A stretch of DNA of 64,000 nt from a virus (Duplodnaviria > Heunggongvirae > Uroviricota > Caudoviricetes): positions 166,155 to 230,154 of IMG/VR virus record IMGVR_UViG_3300044712_000568. One strand, 5' to 3'. Within the stretch, counting starts at the first letter, position 1. Each line of letters opens with the position of its first letter. The translations under genes and the position numbers were made by a program. Positions 19,944-29,642 of the stretch are shown here, one piece after another. Below the pieces are notes generated by a model that did not search any database, had not been told where the DNA came from, and saw nothing but the letters and a program-made list of their open reading frames with translations.

Positions 19944-20762
19944 ATGGCACAACTGAAACAGTTAGACTTTGTAAAGACTTCTGCATTAACTGAAATGGCT
20001 TATACTGTAGTAAATACAGTATGGCCTGATGTAGAAACTTATTTAGACTCATATGGCTCTTTGGATAACTGGATGGTTGAACATGATGTTGATTTATTAG
20101 AAATTAAAGATACAATTCTACAGAAATTTTTATTTAACTATTTTAAACAGTTTTTAGCTAAACATTCATTTCATTTACATTTTCTAGCACTTAATTTCTA
20201 TTATTCTGATTTAGAGTATTGGGGAGATGCTGATACTACCTTTATAGCTCACACTAAAAATGAGCAAATTGTTCCTTTGGTTCAAATTAAAATTAATGTG
20301 TATCGTATGAACGATATGAGTTTCTCTGAGTTTAAGCAAACTCTATTTCATGAATTAACCCACATTGAACAGCAATGTAAAGCATTAATCACATACGATC
20401 CAGCAGCTTTGTCTAATGCAATTAAGCCCAATACTCCATTTTCAGTAAATGATTTAATGGATAATTTTTCCAACAAAAGAGATTATAAGGATAGTGTATC
20501 TCCTTTGGAAAATTTACAGGAAATTGGAGCTTATGCTAATGATTTTGCTCTAAAACTATTTGGACAATATAAACAGTTATTAAAATCTCGTTCTCCAAAA
20601 GAGCGGGATATTTTTTTACGCACCGAAATAATTCCAAAGTATTCTTCTTATATGTCAGACGAAATGAGAGCTCATTTTGATTTACTACCATATAATAAGA
20701 GAAATAGTTTTTTAAAGCAAATGGTTAGACAGCTAAAGGAATTAACCTCTGGACTAATCTAA
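19944..20762 (+). CDS. HExxH-motif protein (putative zinc metallopeptidase-like)
   Basis: LFHELTHIEQ motif. Confidence 0.45.
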   Translation: MAQLKQLDFVKTSALTEMAYTVVNTVWPDVETYLDSYGSLDNWMVEHDVDLLEIKDTILQKFLFNYFKQFLAKHSFHLHFLALNFYYSDLEYWGDADTTFIAHTKNEQIVPLVQIKINVYRMNDMSFSEFKQTLFHELTHIEQQCKALITYDPAALSNAIKPNTPFSVNDLMDNFSNKRDYKDSVSPLENLQEIGAYANDFALKLFGQYKQLLKSRSPKERDIFLRTEIIPKYSSYMSDEMRAHFDLLPYNKRNSFLKQMVRQLKELTSGLI

Positions 20763-21034
20763 TGGAAATATATCAGATTCTACATATACCTACTGGAGAA
20801 TACCTGACCTCAGTAAATAGGAATGGAAAACCAGTATTGTGTGCAGATGAGGAATGTGCCAAGAAAATTATATACAGTGTTGTAATGCACACTGCGTATA
20901 TTGGAGGTGCTCCGATAAGTGATTATTTCGTTAAGTCTTTAGATAAACAAGAGTTCTGTCTAGAAGAATTTGACGCAGTAAGCACTACGGCCCCTACTTT
21001 TCAATATCCAAAACCGCGCATACTTTCTCTGTAA
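20762..21034 (+). CDS. HIPTG-family small protein
   Basis: MEIYQILHIPTGEYL; C-term QEFCLEEFD. Confidence 0.5.
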   Translation: MEIYQILHIPTGEYLTSVNRNGKPVLCADEECAKKIIYSVVMHTAYIGGAPISDYFVKSLDKQEFCLEEFDAVSTTAPTFQYPKPRILSL

Positions 21035-21076
21035 TACTCAATGAGAGATAGCCGATAAATAGGTATCGGAGTCTCT

Positions 21077-21331
21077 ATGTCGTTTGATGGAATGACCTTG
21101 CTGTATATACCAGAAGGCCATAGATATAAACTTACGTTATTTGCAAATATAACATCTGTTACAGATTATATGCAATATTTGGATTTTAAAATTCTTCGAG
21201 AAAATCTTTATTTCTCTATTCAAGAATTTGAACACCATGATGAAATATTTTATATTGCTCCAAATTTCTTTAGTCCAGAAGAATTAACCAAAATGTTTGT
21301 TTCAATTCTTCCGGAAGAAGTAGATATTTAA
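21077..21331 (+). CDS. hypothetical protein
   Basis: 84-aa ORF. Confidence 0.4.
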   Translation: MSFDGMTLLYIPEGHRYKLTLFANITSVTDYMQYLDFKILRENLYFSIQEFEHHDEIFYIAPNFFSPEELTKMFVSILPEEVDI

Positions 21332-21588
21332 TGAAATATAAAATTTACGATTTTACTAAAGACGTTTATTTTCCAAGAACTAAAAACATATTTATTCCAT
21401 ATACTGATGCCGTATTAGAATGTATTGATGCATTAGATGATAACGATCAAGTAACAAGATTATCAGTATATATTTATAGCTATGAAAATGGTGCAGAAGA
21501 ACACTCCCCAAAAGAAATTATGTCTTTTGAGGAGTTTTTAGGTTATGCAGCAAAAGCAAAAAATGATTGGTTAAATTGGAGTAACTAA
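21331..21588 (+). CDS. hypothetical protein
   Basis: 85-aa ORF, ATGA-type coupling to previous. Confidence 0.4.
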   Translation: MKYKIYDFTKDVYFPRTKNIFIPYTDAVLECIDALDDNDQVTRLSVYIYSYENGAEEHSPKEIMSFEEFLGYAAKAKNDWLNWSN

Positions 21589-21804
21589 GATTTTACTTGC
21601 ATCTGCTTTTCTGATAGCAATATTAGAAGACTGTCCCTTTATTTGAATTAGAATGGGATCTCCTAATGGAGCTACTGCTTTGATTTTAATTTTTGTTCCT
21701 TTTAGAAATCCCATTTCCAATAATCTATTTCTAGTGGGAGAATCTAAATCGATAAGTCTAATAATGCCTCTGGAATTAATGGGAAGTGTTGAAAGTGTTA
21801 CCAT
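21571..21804 (-). CDS. FeoA-like SH3-fold protein
   Basis: RLLEMGFLKGTKIKIKAVAPLGDPILIQIKGQSSNIAIRKADASKILV matches FeoA pattern. Confidence 0.5.
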   Translation of the reverse strand: MVTLSTLPINSRGIIRLIDLDSPTRNRLLEMGFLKGTKIKIKAVAPLGDPILIQIKGQSSNIAIRKADASKILVTPI

Positions 21805-21955
21805 ACATTTAATTTAGATAATTTATGAAGTATATCAAAATATGGGTAATAACTAAATCTCAAATTTTAGCTTTAGCTAAATTAAGACTGTTAGCAATTC
21901 GTAGGCGGCAATAGATTTTCATTAACCTTGTCTGTCATTTGACGATAATTGAAGC

Positions 21956-22222
21956 ATGAGGGCTATACTGCATATACCAAGCGGTGAATTGGTGGAATTC
22001 GTGAGAATGAACGCACGAGGAGTCTCCATACATAATGGTTTATATATAGTATTTAGACTACATAAAAATTTATATAGTCCAGTATTTCCGGGCGGAATGC
22101 AGGGACCGATTCCTTTTAGAATCTTTCTAAAAGAAGATGAACATGTAGAATTACTAATGCATTCTCTAATGCAATGTAAGGAAAAGTTCTTAGCAGAAGA
22201 ATTTACGATTATAGATTTATGA
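21956..22222 (+). CDS. HIPTG-family small protein
   Basis: MRAILHIPSGELV; C-term LAEEFTIIDL. Confidence 0.5.
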   Translation: MRAILHIPSGELVEFVRMNARGVSIHNGLYIVFRLHKNLYSPVFPGGMQGPIPFRIFLKEDEHVELLMHSLMQCKEKFLAEEFTIIDL

Positions 22223-22367
22223 TGGTATACGCTTTATTAGATTTATTAGATGGTGAATGGCTTGATGTATATGATACCAAGGGAGAGGCTTTAGTATCTC
22301 TTATTTTGTTCTGTTATGAAAATGATCGAGAACTTTGTGAATTTGATATTGTTTATAGGAAAAAGCA

Positions 22368-22622
22368 ATGTATAACGTAGTTTACACCAAAACTGGGGAA
22401 GTAATTAAAGCGGAATTTGTATTAACTATGACTAAAGGCTATACAACTTATTGTATAGGACAAGGAAATCCTGCTAGATTTTATACTAAGTTAGGTGCTT
22501 GGTGGGCTCTCAGAAAAGCGTTGAAAAATAAAAATTGGAGAGTATTGGAACGAGGCCATAAAAATATGGCTCCGTATAGAAAACAACTATTTAAAATTAT
22601 GGAAGCTCCCTCGCTCAATTAA
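22368..22622 (+). CDS. hypothetical (degenerate HIPTG-like N-terminus)
   Basis: VVYTKTGEVI. Confidence 0.4.
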   Translation: MYNVVYTKTGEVIKAEFVLTMTKGYTTYCIGQGNPARFYTKLGAWWALRKALKNKNWRVLERGHKNMAPYRKQLFKIMEAPSLN

Positions 22623-22637
22623 GTATAGAGGTGAGCA

Positions 22638-22802
22638 ATGCAATTGGCTAGTAAGAAAACGTTAGAAGAATTGGTGCTAGATTTTTCAAGTGTTTGGGAT
22701 GCTTATTGGAATTCAAAAGTTGGAAACGGGCCTAGTAAAAAGGACTTAGATAAGGCTTTTGATAAGGTAGTAAAAGAAGCAAAGAAATTAAGTAAGTCAT
22801 AA
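22638..22802 (+). CDS. small ORF (54 aa), not in track
   Basis: ATG 6 nt after gaggtga. Confidence 0.35.
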   Translation: MQLASKKTLEELVLDFSSVWDAYWNSKVGNGPSKKDLDKAFDKVVKEAKKLSKS

Positions 22803-23138
22803 TTCACTGAACGTATCTTATTCGCATACCGTCACTTAGCGGTATGCGATTTCTTTGTAATATCTTACAGCGAGTGGCCGATAATACTCGGGTAGGAGGC
22901 ATAGTGTTCAAATTTCATTTTAGCAATGGCGGCTGTACTTTTCATAGTAATAGCTTACGAATAAAGACAAAAGTATATTCTAGAATATATATTCAATTTG
23001 CTCCAAGTTTAGTATATGAAGCAGAAAATAATTATGCTAATATTTTACTGCTTGAGAGATTTGTTAGAACGCTGCAACAAAATAAAAATATTAGTGCTTT
23101 TAAGGTGAATGTGCATTTAGATAGATGCACAACACCCT

Positions 23139-23441
23139 ATGTTATGTTGGATTCATATGACGTTAACCTATAGAATTTTGCATATGCCATCTGGAGAATG
23201 GATGGTATCGAAACCAAGGTTTAGATCTAAAATTCTTGAATTTAGATATAAATGGTATGCTGAAAGATATTTAAAAAAGATGTTATCTCAGGATTCTACT
23301 ACCTATATTAAAGCTGGAGATAGAGAATATTTTACAGAGTTTTCAAAAGAAGAATTTTGTATTGTTGCTGTGAATGATAATATAACTTTCAATTCTCCTA
23401 AAAATGTTCCAGCACCTCCTAGAGCTAGGATGGTTAAATAA
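23139..23441 (+). CDS. HIPTG-family small protein
   Basis: YRILHMPSGEWMV; C-term KEEFCIVAV. Confidence 0.5.
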   Translation: MLCWIHMTLTYRILHMPSGEWMVSKPRFRSKILEFRYKWYAERYLKKMLSQDSTTYIKAGDREYFTEFSKEEFCIVAVNDNITFNSPKNVPAPPRARMVK

Positions 23442-23791
23442 TGAGATTATTGTATGGCAATGCACGAAATCCGGTTGTTATTATAACTGAGATCTATTAT
23501 AACATACTCAAACAACCTCAAGTTGGATTTTTAAGTATGGTGCCAATGGCAATAGATGTTCAAAAAATAAATCATTATCATATTTTACCCATAGCAGTTA
23601 ACCATTTTGGGCGAGATCCGATGGAAAGCATAAAACGAAACAAAAATAGTAAGGGTAGATTTATTTATGAATTCACTGAGTCTGAAGTTATGGATGCTTT
23701 AACCTTCTTCAAAGACATGGATTTACGACAATTTATTTTAGTAAAAGACAACGGCGAAATGATAAACTATATGGGTAGACAAATCAATTAA
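23441..23791 (+). CDS. hypothetical protein
   Basis: 116-aa ORF. Confidence 0.4.
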   Translation: MRLLYGNARNPVVIITEIYYNILKQPQVGFLSMVPMAIDVQKINHYHILPIAVNHFGRDPMESIKRNKNSKGRFIYEFTESEVMDALTFFKDMDLRQFILVKDNGEMINYMGRQIN

Positions 23792-23807
23792 GTATAGCGA
23801 GGTATTT

Positions 23808-24023
23808 ATGTATGTAGCTACACCATTATCAAAACATATTGCCGGATACGATTACGATACTAGTTCTCAGACTTTGACTATTACTTTTAATCCAAAAGGA
23901 CATAAATATCAATACTATCATGTCCCAGAAAAAATAGTAAAGGGATTATCAGATTCTTCATCTAAATCAGCCTTTTTTGTAAAGTACATTAAAAACCAAT
24001 ATAAAACAATCCGGATTCAGTAA
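23808..24023 (+). CDS. hypothetical protein
   Basis: 71-aa ORF. Confidence 0.4.
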   Translation: MYVATPLSKHIAGYDYDTSSQTLTITFNPKGHKYQYYHVPEKIVKGLSDSSSKSAFFVKYIKNQYKTIRIQ

Positions 24024-24292
24024 TGAGTAACCAACAATCTGCAACACCAAGACAAGATTATTTAAGAGTAACTAGAGATTTTGCAACTGCTTTACAAACA
24101 CATATTAGAGAATTTGAAGATCATCCTGATCTATTTGATCGAGATCTTTTACAGGCAGCATATAGAACTCAAGCGTCCATGGTTCAGCAACATTTTGCAG
24201 TGCTGTCGATTTTGTATGATCGTGAATTTCCAAATATTCCAGAAGTTGTTGAAGAGCCTGCAGCTCCAGCGAGTTCTCTTATTTTACCATAG
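24023..24292 (+). CDS. hypothetical protein
   Basis: 89-aa ORF (alternative overlapping frame 24081..24308 judged less likely). Confidence 0.35.
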   Translation: MSNQQSATPRQDYLRVTRDFATALQTHIREFEDHPDLFDRDLLQAAYRTQASMVQQHFAVLSILYDREFPNIPEVVEEPAAPASSLILP

Positions 24293-24300
24293 GCATATTA

Positions 24301-24495
24301 ATGTATAAAGAAACGCCATTTGAGAAAATCTATCATGTGGATATTCATCTCAGTGCTACCAGTAAATCATTATTAGAAGCTGGTATAGCAACAAAAAATT
24401 TGCCAATGCTTTTACCATTTCTACAAGCTATTTTAGATGATTGTAATAAACAAGACGATGCTTTACTCAATCCAGGTTTCAAACATAAAAAATAA
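24301..24495 (+). CDS. hypothetical protein
   Basis: 64-aa ORF. Confidence 0.35.
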   Translation: MYKETPFEKIYHVDIHLSATSKSLLEAGIATKNLPMLLPFLQAILDDCNKQDDALLNPGFKHKK

Positions 24496-24733
24496 AAACA
24501 GAATTGAATGGCTGAGCGGATTAGCTGTTAATAATATATTAAGTATCTATCGATTCTACAATAAAATATCCGAAGTAAACTCACATGAAATATTAGAATC
24601 ATATAAAGAATTAGAGGCTGCTTTAGATCATTTACCAGCATTTACTTTAAGAATACCAAAAGATTCGGCCGAATTTATTGTAGATCGATTGACTAAACTT
24701 TCACATCCTTGGAATAGATTTACCATTGTATGA
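24458..24733 (+). CDS. hypothetical protein
   Basis: ORF 24437..24733, internal ATG chosen. Confidence 0.3.
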   Translation: MLYSIQVSNIKNKNRIEWLSGLAVNNILSIYRFYNKISEVNSHEILESYKELEAALDHLPAFTLRIPKDSAEFIVDRLTKLSHPWNRFTIV

Positions 24734-24996
24734 TAAAAAAGAAAAATAGTAATTGGAAAAAGGGAGAGCAATATATTGATATTAAATATTGCCAATTTAA
24801 TCTACTAACTAGTGATACTCAATATGAATATTACTTACAGCATAATCTACAGTCAAGAAAAATCACGGTAGATATAGTAGACAAAAATAATAACACAACA
24901 GTAATTCCAAGTTATCGTATATTAAATGACAATGCTATTGTAGTTTATCTACCATCGGTATGTTTTAGAAACTATGTAGTAATGATTAGGGCTTAA
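24730..24996 (+). CDS. hypothetical protein
   Basis: 88-aa ORF. Confidence 0.4.
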   Translation: MIKKKNSNWKKGEQYIDIKYCQFNLLTSDTQYEYYLQHNLQSRKITVDIVDKNNNTTVIPSYRILNDNAIVVYLPSVCFRNYVVMIRA

Positions 24997-24997
24997 T

Positions 24998-25381
24998 ATG
25001 TTATTGATAGAAACTTATTTAGGATTATCCAAAATTCCAAATGCTGGTTTAGGTTTGTTTACTTCAAACTTTATTCCAGAAGGAACGGTAATTTGGAGAG
25101 AACATAATATTTTTGATCTGACTTTTACTTCAGAAGAGGTAAACCGATTGGGCGATACTTTTTGGCCGGCTAAAGAAAAGATGGAATCTTATGCTTGGTT
25201 TGATAGTATTCGTGGAGTATGGGTTCTTCCTGGAGATGATACACGCTTCTTAAATCACTCAGAAAATCCTAATTGTGATGATTCTGAGCTATATGTTACT
25301 ACTGCAGCTAGAGATATTATGGCTGGTGAAGAATTGACAGTAGATTATAGAACATTTCATACGGGTCCGCTTGGATTTTAA
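24998..25381 (+). CDS. minimal SET-domain protein (putative lysine methyltransferase)
   Basis: NAGLGLFT...GTVI near N-term, RFLNHSENPNCDD (NHSxxPN motif), ELTVDY near C-term. Confidence 0.65.
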   Translation: MLLIETYLGLSKIPNAGLGLFTSNFIPEGTVIWREHNIFDLTFTSEEVNRLGDTFWPAKEKMESYAWFDSIRGVWVLPGDDTRFLNHSENPNCDDSELYVTTAARDIMAGEELTVDYRTFHTGPLGF

Positions 25382-25971
25382 TACGATATCTTAAAAGTAC
25401 TTGCGTATTTATTCCAAGCTCTCGGATCAGTTTTTATTAGATCTTCTATTTGTTTATTATATCGTTTATGTTTGAAACCATTCGCATATAACATAGCAGC
25501 ATATGGATGTGCTTCAATATTAGGTTCTGCTAATACGAAGTCAAATTGATATCTAACTGCATATCTAGCAGCACCTTCAGGATCTTTTGCAATTAAATAT
25601 TCCAAATCTGGAATTCTGTGCCCAGCGTTCATTGCATAAAAGAATGCATCTTGTGGAGTATCTACCCCAGCTGGTAATTGCACTTCACGTTCTTTGTTTT
25701 TATTGCTTGGTTGAGTTGGGCTATTTACCGCATGAGAATTGTCTCTGCGCATTTGATAGATAGGATGGTCATATTGAAAGAAAAACAAATCACCAGATCT
25801 AGTATTGCGGCCTCTTAATAATCTCCATTCCCAACCCTGTCTTCCAGTATCTTGTTTGACTGCTTCATAATAAGAACCGTTATATAAAACTCTGGTTCCT
25901 TTAGATATAGGAAGTTCAGTTTCATTAACTCCCTCATCAATTTTTATAAATTCGACAGACAATAGTTTCAT
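25378..25971 (-). CDS. hypothetical protein
   Basis: 197-aa ORF, lone minus-strand gene inside plus-strand array. Confidence 0.45.
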   Translation of the reverse strand: MKLLSVEFIKIDEGVNETELPISKGTRVLYNGSYYEAVKQDTGRQGWEWRLLRGRNTRSGDLFFFQYDHPIYQMRRDNSHAVNSPTQPSNKNKEREVQLPAGVDTPQDAFFYAMNAGHRIPDLEYLIAKDPEGAARYAVRYQFDFVLAEPNIEAHPYAAMLYANGFKHKRYNKQIEDLIKTDPRAWNKYASTFKISY

Positions 25972-26005
25972 ATTAAATATCTCATACTTAATTACCGAGC
26001 ATTGA

Positions 26006-26257
26006 ATGAGTTACCAACTCGGCCGCGTATCAAAAAATTTCATGTATATTTCGTCATCTGGCAGTATCTTGTGTCCCATCAGAGACTTAAAAGATTCTTC
26101 CGGAGGTCATGCTTTGATCGTAGTTGACGATAATTGCTATGTACTGTACATTAAGAGTTCGACAGGGGTTTTTAGATCTGTCACTCATTGGTTTCCAGAA
26201 GTTATCCAAGTAATGCACACATTACCACTTATCCCAAGATCGGCTATTGTTTTATGA
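26006..26257 (+). CDS. hypothetical protein
   Basis: 83-aa ORF. Confidence 0.35.
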   Translation: MSYQLGRVSKNFMYISSSGSILCPIRDLKDSSGGHALIVVDDNCYVLYIKSSTGVFRSVTHWFPEVIQVMHTLPLIPRSAIVL

Positions 26258-26565
26258 TATACTACATTTCTATTTGGGAAAAGAATAACAAGAATACGGC
26301 ATACCATTCAATATCTAATGTAATAACTTCTAGATATGTTGCAAATCATAGACGGAAATTTAAGAAATTTTTAGAGCGCAATTTAAAAGTTTGCCCAATT
26401 AAAAATTCAAACGATGTGTTAGATTTACTTGGGGGTAAATTTCTTGGTCCCATTCTAACAAATAGAGCTATATTTACTGACAAGGAAATGGCTTCTTTAT
26501 TTGTAGAATTTGTATCATTACTTAACGATAAGAAATTGTTTAAGTTAGAAGAAGTGGATATTTAA
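26254..26565 (+). CDS. hypothetical protein
   Basis: internal ATG of 26188..26565 ORF, ATGA overlap with previous stop. Confidence 0.35.
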   Translation: MIYYISIWEKNNKNTAYHSISNVITSRYVANHRRKFKKFLERNLKVCPIKNSNDVLDLLGGKFLGPILTNRAIFTDKEMASLFVEFVSLLNDKKLFKLEEVDI

Positions 26566-26939
26566 TGTACGCTGTTAGATTATTAGAAAATAATAATAAA
26601 AATTCTATTACCTATTTTCCATTAAAAATATTCTTTGCTATGACAGATTTATTAGATGCTTATGTTAAAGTAAATAGATTAGATACTTCTTTATTTGTTG
26701 GAAGCTCAATGCACAGGAATATACACTGGAAACGAAGTGGCTTTCAAGAAACTGAGATTGTATTATTTGCAGAAAAATTAGGAGCTATGCACTTCGCTAA
26801 ATTTATTCAAGAGCAAAATAATTATGTATTAGCTGTAATGAATATGACAGACTGTGTATTAGTTCCAGAAGAAGTTGCACCTGAACTAATGGATAGAGAA
26901 TATGAACGATTTATAAATGGCTTAGAGGAAACTGTTTAG
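26565..26939 (+). CDS. hypothetical protein
   Basis: 124-aa ORF. Confidence 0.4.
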   Translation: MYAVRLLENNNKNSITYFPLKIFFAMTDLLDAYVKVNRLDTSLFVGSSMHRNIHWKRSGFQETEIVLFAEKLGAMHFAKFIQEQNNYVLAVMNMTDCVLVPEEVAPELMDREYERFINGLEETV

Positions 26940-26941
26940 TT

Positions 26942-27355
26942 ATGACTTTTAATTTTGACAATCATAAAAATGTAAAGCATGCTCCTTTGCCCATTACTCT
27001 AGTTCAGGCTGAACTTATCTTTTGGCTTTTAGCTAGAGAAGTTATTTTTCTTAGTACTTTTGATAATGATGTTCAAGATTGGTCCAATCATTGGTATGCT
27101 GTAGTAAATTTAAATGACACATTTTATTATGCTACTGCAGATGCTGAAAGCGTTACTTTGAATGGCTTAGCAGACCTTAAATATTATTTTGATAAGTATT
27201 CTTGGGACGGTATTACAGCCTGGGCTTCTTTTAAACGGGAAGGAATGGAACCAGTTGCTCGTCTAAGAACTAAAGAATATTACGCAGCTATGGAAGAAAT
27301 TAAAGACAACTATGCTAAAGCTGAATTAGTGCGCATAGAAAATATGGAGATTTAA
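26942..27355 (+). CDS. hypothetical protein
   Basis: 137-aa ORF. Confidence 0.4.
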   Translation: MTFNFDNHKNVKHAPLPITLVQAELIFWLLAREVIFLSTFDNDVQDWSNHWYAVVNLNDTFYYATADAESVTLNGLADLKYYFDKYSWDGITAWASFKREGMEPVARLRTKEYYAAMEEIKDNYAKAELVRIENMEI

Positions 27356-27781
27356 ATGGGAAATACTTTAGAACAAGACATGCCAGGATGGGTAAGCAAT
27401 TTACAAGAGCATCATCATAAGAATAGATTCGAGATGATTCCTAATGGAGATACTGGAGTCACTGATATTGATGCATTACGTTTAAACTGTCATAGTATTA
27501 TTAGAGACTCTAAAACTGGATTTTTAGTTTTATCTTTTTATGATGACGTTGAAAATAAAGTTTACAAGGCTTTAGATAATTGGACTAATTGTAAGAATAT
27601 ATCGTTTGATATTATTGGATTTAATGGTAACCATGAAGTAGCCAGAAAAATCCATGTTACCGCCAAGTCAGAATTAACCAATTGGTCTACTTATATAGAT
27701 TTTAGCTGGGCTGATTCTAGTAGGGCTCCCTCTATTGACTTGACTATTAGAGTTTACGATAGACTTCACACTAGATACTAA
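27356..27781 (+). CDS. hypothetical protein
   Basis: 141-aa ORF. Confidence 0.4.
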   Translation: MGNTLEQDMPGWVSNLQEHHHKNRFEMIPNGDTGVTDIDALRLNCHSIIRDSKTGFLVLSFYDDVENKVYKALDNWTNCKNISFDIIGFNGNHEVARKIHVTAKSELTNWSTYIDFSWADSSRAPSIDLTIRVYDRLHTRY

Positions 27782-28050
27782 TGGTATATAGAATTTACCA
27801 TATTCCAACTGGCGTATTTTTACGTAATGCAGATATGTATTCTGCAGAAGCCTTGATTGAGTTTACGGAAAAAGCATATGCTGAACGTCTTATAGATCAG
27901 ATTATTACGATAAATAATGATTTTGCTAATGCGACATATGTAAAAGAAGAGTTTGATATTATTCCCATAAAAGAAGAGAGTTGGCCAGTTACTTATGTAC
28001 ATTTTGACGAACTTTCTATGGATGCTAGATTAAAATTAGGAATAGGATAA
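27781..28050 (+). CDS. HIPTG-family small protein
   Basis: MVYRIYHIPTGVFL; C-term VKEEFDIIPI. Confidence 0.5.
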   Translation: MVYRIYHIPTGVFLRNADMYSAEALIEFTEKAYAERLIDQIITINNDFANATYVKEEFDIIPIKEESWPVTYVHFDELSMDARLKLGIG

Positions 28051-28053
28051 AAT

Positions 28054-28266
28054 ATGAGTGATAACACTAAGGGATTATATAAAAAGTTTATTGTTACTAG
28101 GACCGATGGTGCCAGTGGTCCAGGAATGAAGCACGAGGATTGCAGTTATTTTGTCCTTGATTTAGACCATGACCCATATGCAAAGGCTGCATTAACCATG
28201 TATGCTCTTGCCTGTGCTGAAACTCATCCACAATTATCTAAAGAATTATTAGAACTGGTGAGATAA
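28054..28266 (+). CDS. hypothetical protein
   Basis: 70-aa ORF. Confidence 0.4.
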   Translation: MSDNTKGLYKKFIVTRTDGASGPGMKHEDCSYFVLDLDHDPYAKAALTMYALACAETHPQLSKELLELVR

Positions 28267-28267
28267 C

Positions 28268-28516
28268 ATGGGATTAGGTCCACCAATTTGTCCCGTATGT
28301 CACATAGAATGTTCCTTTACCAAAGAGTTAAAGGAAGGTATGGTTATTGATTTACATAATAAAAATGAGAAAAGAAGAGAATTTTCCCATTATGTTTGTG
28401 ATACTTGTGGGGTAGTTGGTGGGTACGATCATTTATATTCTCGTCCGTCCGCTAGGACCGCGACATCTTCTCCAAAATTCGTAAAAATTCCCAAAATAAT
28501 CTCAACACTCTGTTGA
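28268..28516 (+). CDS. small zinc-ribbon protein
   Basis: CPVCH...C...CDTCG. Confidence 0.4.
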   Translation: MGLGPPICPVCHIECSFTKELKEGMVIDLHNKNEKRREFSHYVCDTCGVVGGYDHLYSRPSARTATSSPKFVKIPKIISTLC

Positions 28517-28517
28517 A

Positions 28518-28548
28518 ATTAAAACGGGACCCGAAAGTCCCGAATTTA
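28518..28548. terminator. bidirectional terminator-like hairpin cgggac-ccgaaa-gtcccg flanked by A/T runs
   Basis: between convergent genes 28268..28516(+) and 28571..28870(-). Confidence 0.5.
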
Positions 28549-28570
28549 ACAAATCTGAGTAGATTTTATA

Positions 28571-28870
28571 TTAATAAACAATCTTATAAACGATTGTAGA
28601 TGTATCAGTTGCTGAAGATGATGTAAATGTATAAGAAGTTCCATTTACAATTGCGTAAGAAAGATGGCCAAGAGTTCCACCTGCGGTAGATCTTTCATAA
28701 AGAATTACGGATGTTGTTTTAATATTAGCATCCAAAATAGCGCCACTGCTTCCTGTTGTTAAAGTCACTGTCTTAAACTGACCTAACTGAGCATCAACTA
28801 AAGAAGTGAATTTAGTCATGTCTTCGCAATATACATCTGGAATTGCAATTCCAAGATTCGGTAATTTCAT
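28571..28870 (-). CDS. hypothetical protein
   Basis: 99-aa ORF, T/S-rich. Confidence 0.4.
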   Translation of the reverse strand: MKLPNLGIAIPDVYCEDMTKFTSLVDAQLGQFKTVTLTTGSSGAILDANIKTTSVILYERSTAGGTLGHLSYAIVNGTSYTFTSSSATDTSTIVYKIVY

Positions 28871-28901
28871 TAATAGACTCCTTAGACTATATACTTAATT
28901 C

Positions 28902-29006
28902 CTAATAGCGCTCGTGCTTCTTTACTTTCTTACCCTTAGGACTAGTCTTCTTAATCTTAGTGTGCTTTACTTTCTTTGGTTTAGTCTTTGTAGTTCCTAC
29001 AGCCAT
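28902..29006 (-). CDS. 34-aa highly basic peptide (MAVGTTKTKPKKVKHTKIKKTSPKGKKVKKHERY), not in track
   Basis: translated by hand; directly upstream of 28571..28870 on same strand. Confidence 0.3.
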   Translation of the reverse strand: MAVGTTKTKPKKVKHTKIKKTSPKGKKVKKHERY

Positions 29007-29032
29007 TTAGAAACCCTCCTTTATTTAAATCT

Positions 29033-29401
29033 ATGTTTTATTTAATCCAACATATTCCAACTGGTTCTTATTATCATAAGATAGGAGTTTATAACTTATT
29101 TCAAGATATTCCTAAAGATGTTAATAGTAACGCGGAGTATTCGAAGTTTTTAAGTGATGCTAATTTTTACGAACTAAACAAACGAGAGCAACTACTTAAA
29201 GATTTACGAGAAGCTACTTATGTTAGTGATCATATATACAGTTCTCCTAGAAAGATTAATTTTAAATATGATGCTAGGAAAATAATTTCCGCTGTAGTAA
29301 AACGTAAATATATGACAATAGATAATGGCGAAATATTTAAAATTTATTCTAGTAAAGAGTTTATGATATTAGGAGTAGAACAAAATGAACGAGCACAATA
29401 A
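29033..29401 (+). CDS. HIPTG-family small protein
   Basis: MFYLIQHIPTGSYY; C-term SSKEFMILGV. Confidence 0.5.
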   Translation: MFYLIQHIPTGSYYHKIGVYNLFQDIPKDVNSNAEYSKFLSDANFYELNKREQLLKDLREATYVSDHIYSSPRKINFKYDARKIISAVVKRKYMTIDNGEIFKIYSSKEFMILGVEQNERAQ

Positions 29402-29642
29402 AAATGCTCCCGATTATGTAGCTAAGGCTAAAACTATACTAGCTATTCTAGAAGAAAATTTAAAAGTAGAAAAACTATCTGAAACTGAAATAGCTTCATT
29501 ATTTAAAAAACTTAACCCAATTCGATTAAAACTACCGGCAACTGAACTTCAAATCAAATATAGAATTAGTGATATGAATGTGACATATATAACTAGAGCA
29601 TATACTGACGCTGGAATAGCTATAGGAAATTATGATGAGTAA
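29385..29642 (+). CDS. hypothetical protein
   Basis: 85-aa ORF. Confidence 0.4.
   Translation: MNEHNKNAPDYVAKAKTILAILEENLKVEKLSETEIASLFKKLNPIRLKLPATELQIKYRISDMNVTYITRAYTDAGIAIGNYDE

Noticed and set aside
24081-24308. 75-aa ORF overlapping 24023-24292 in another frame
   Set aside because: It has a Leu/Ile/Phe-rich AT-frame composition without an SD, and the 24023 frame fits the operon spacing.
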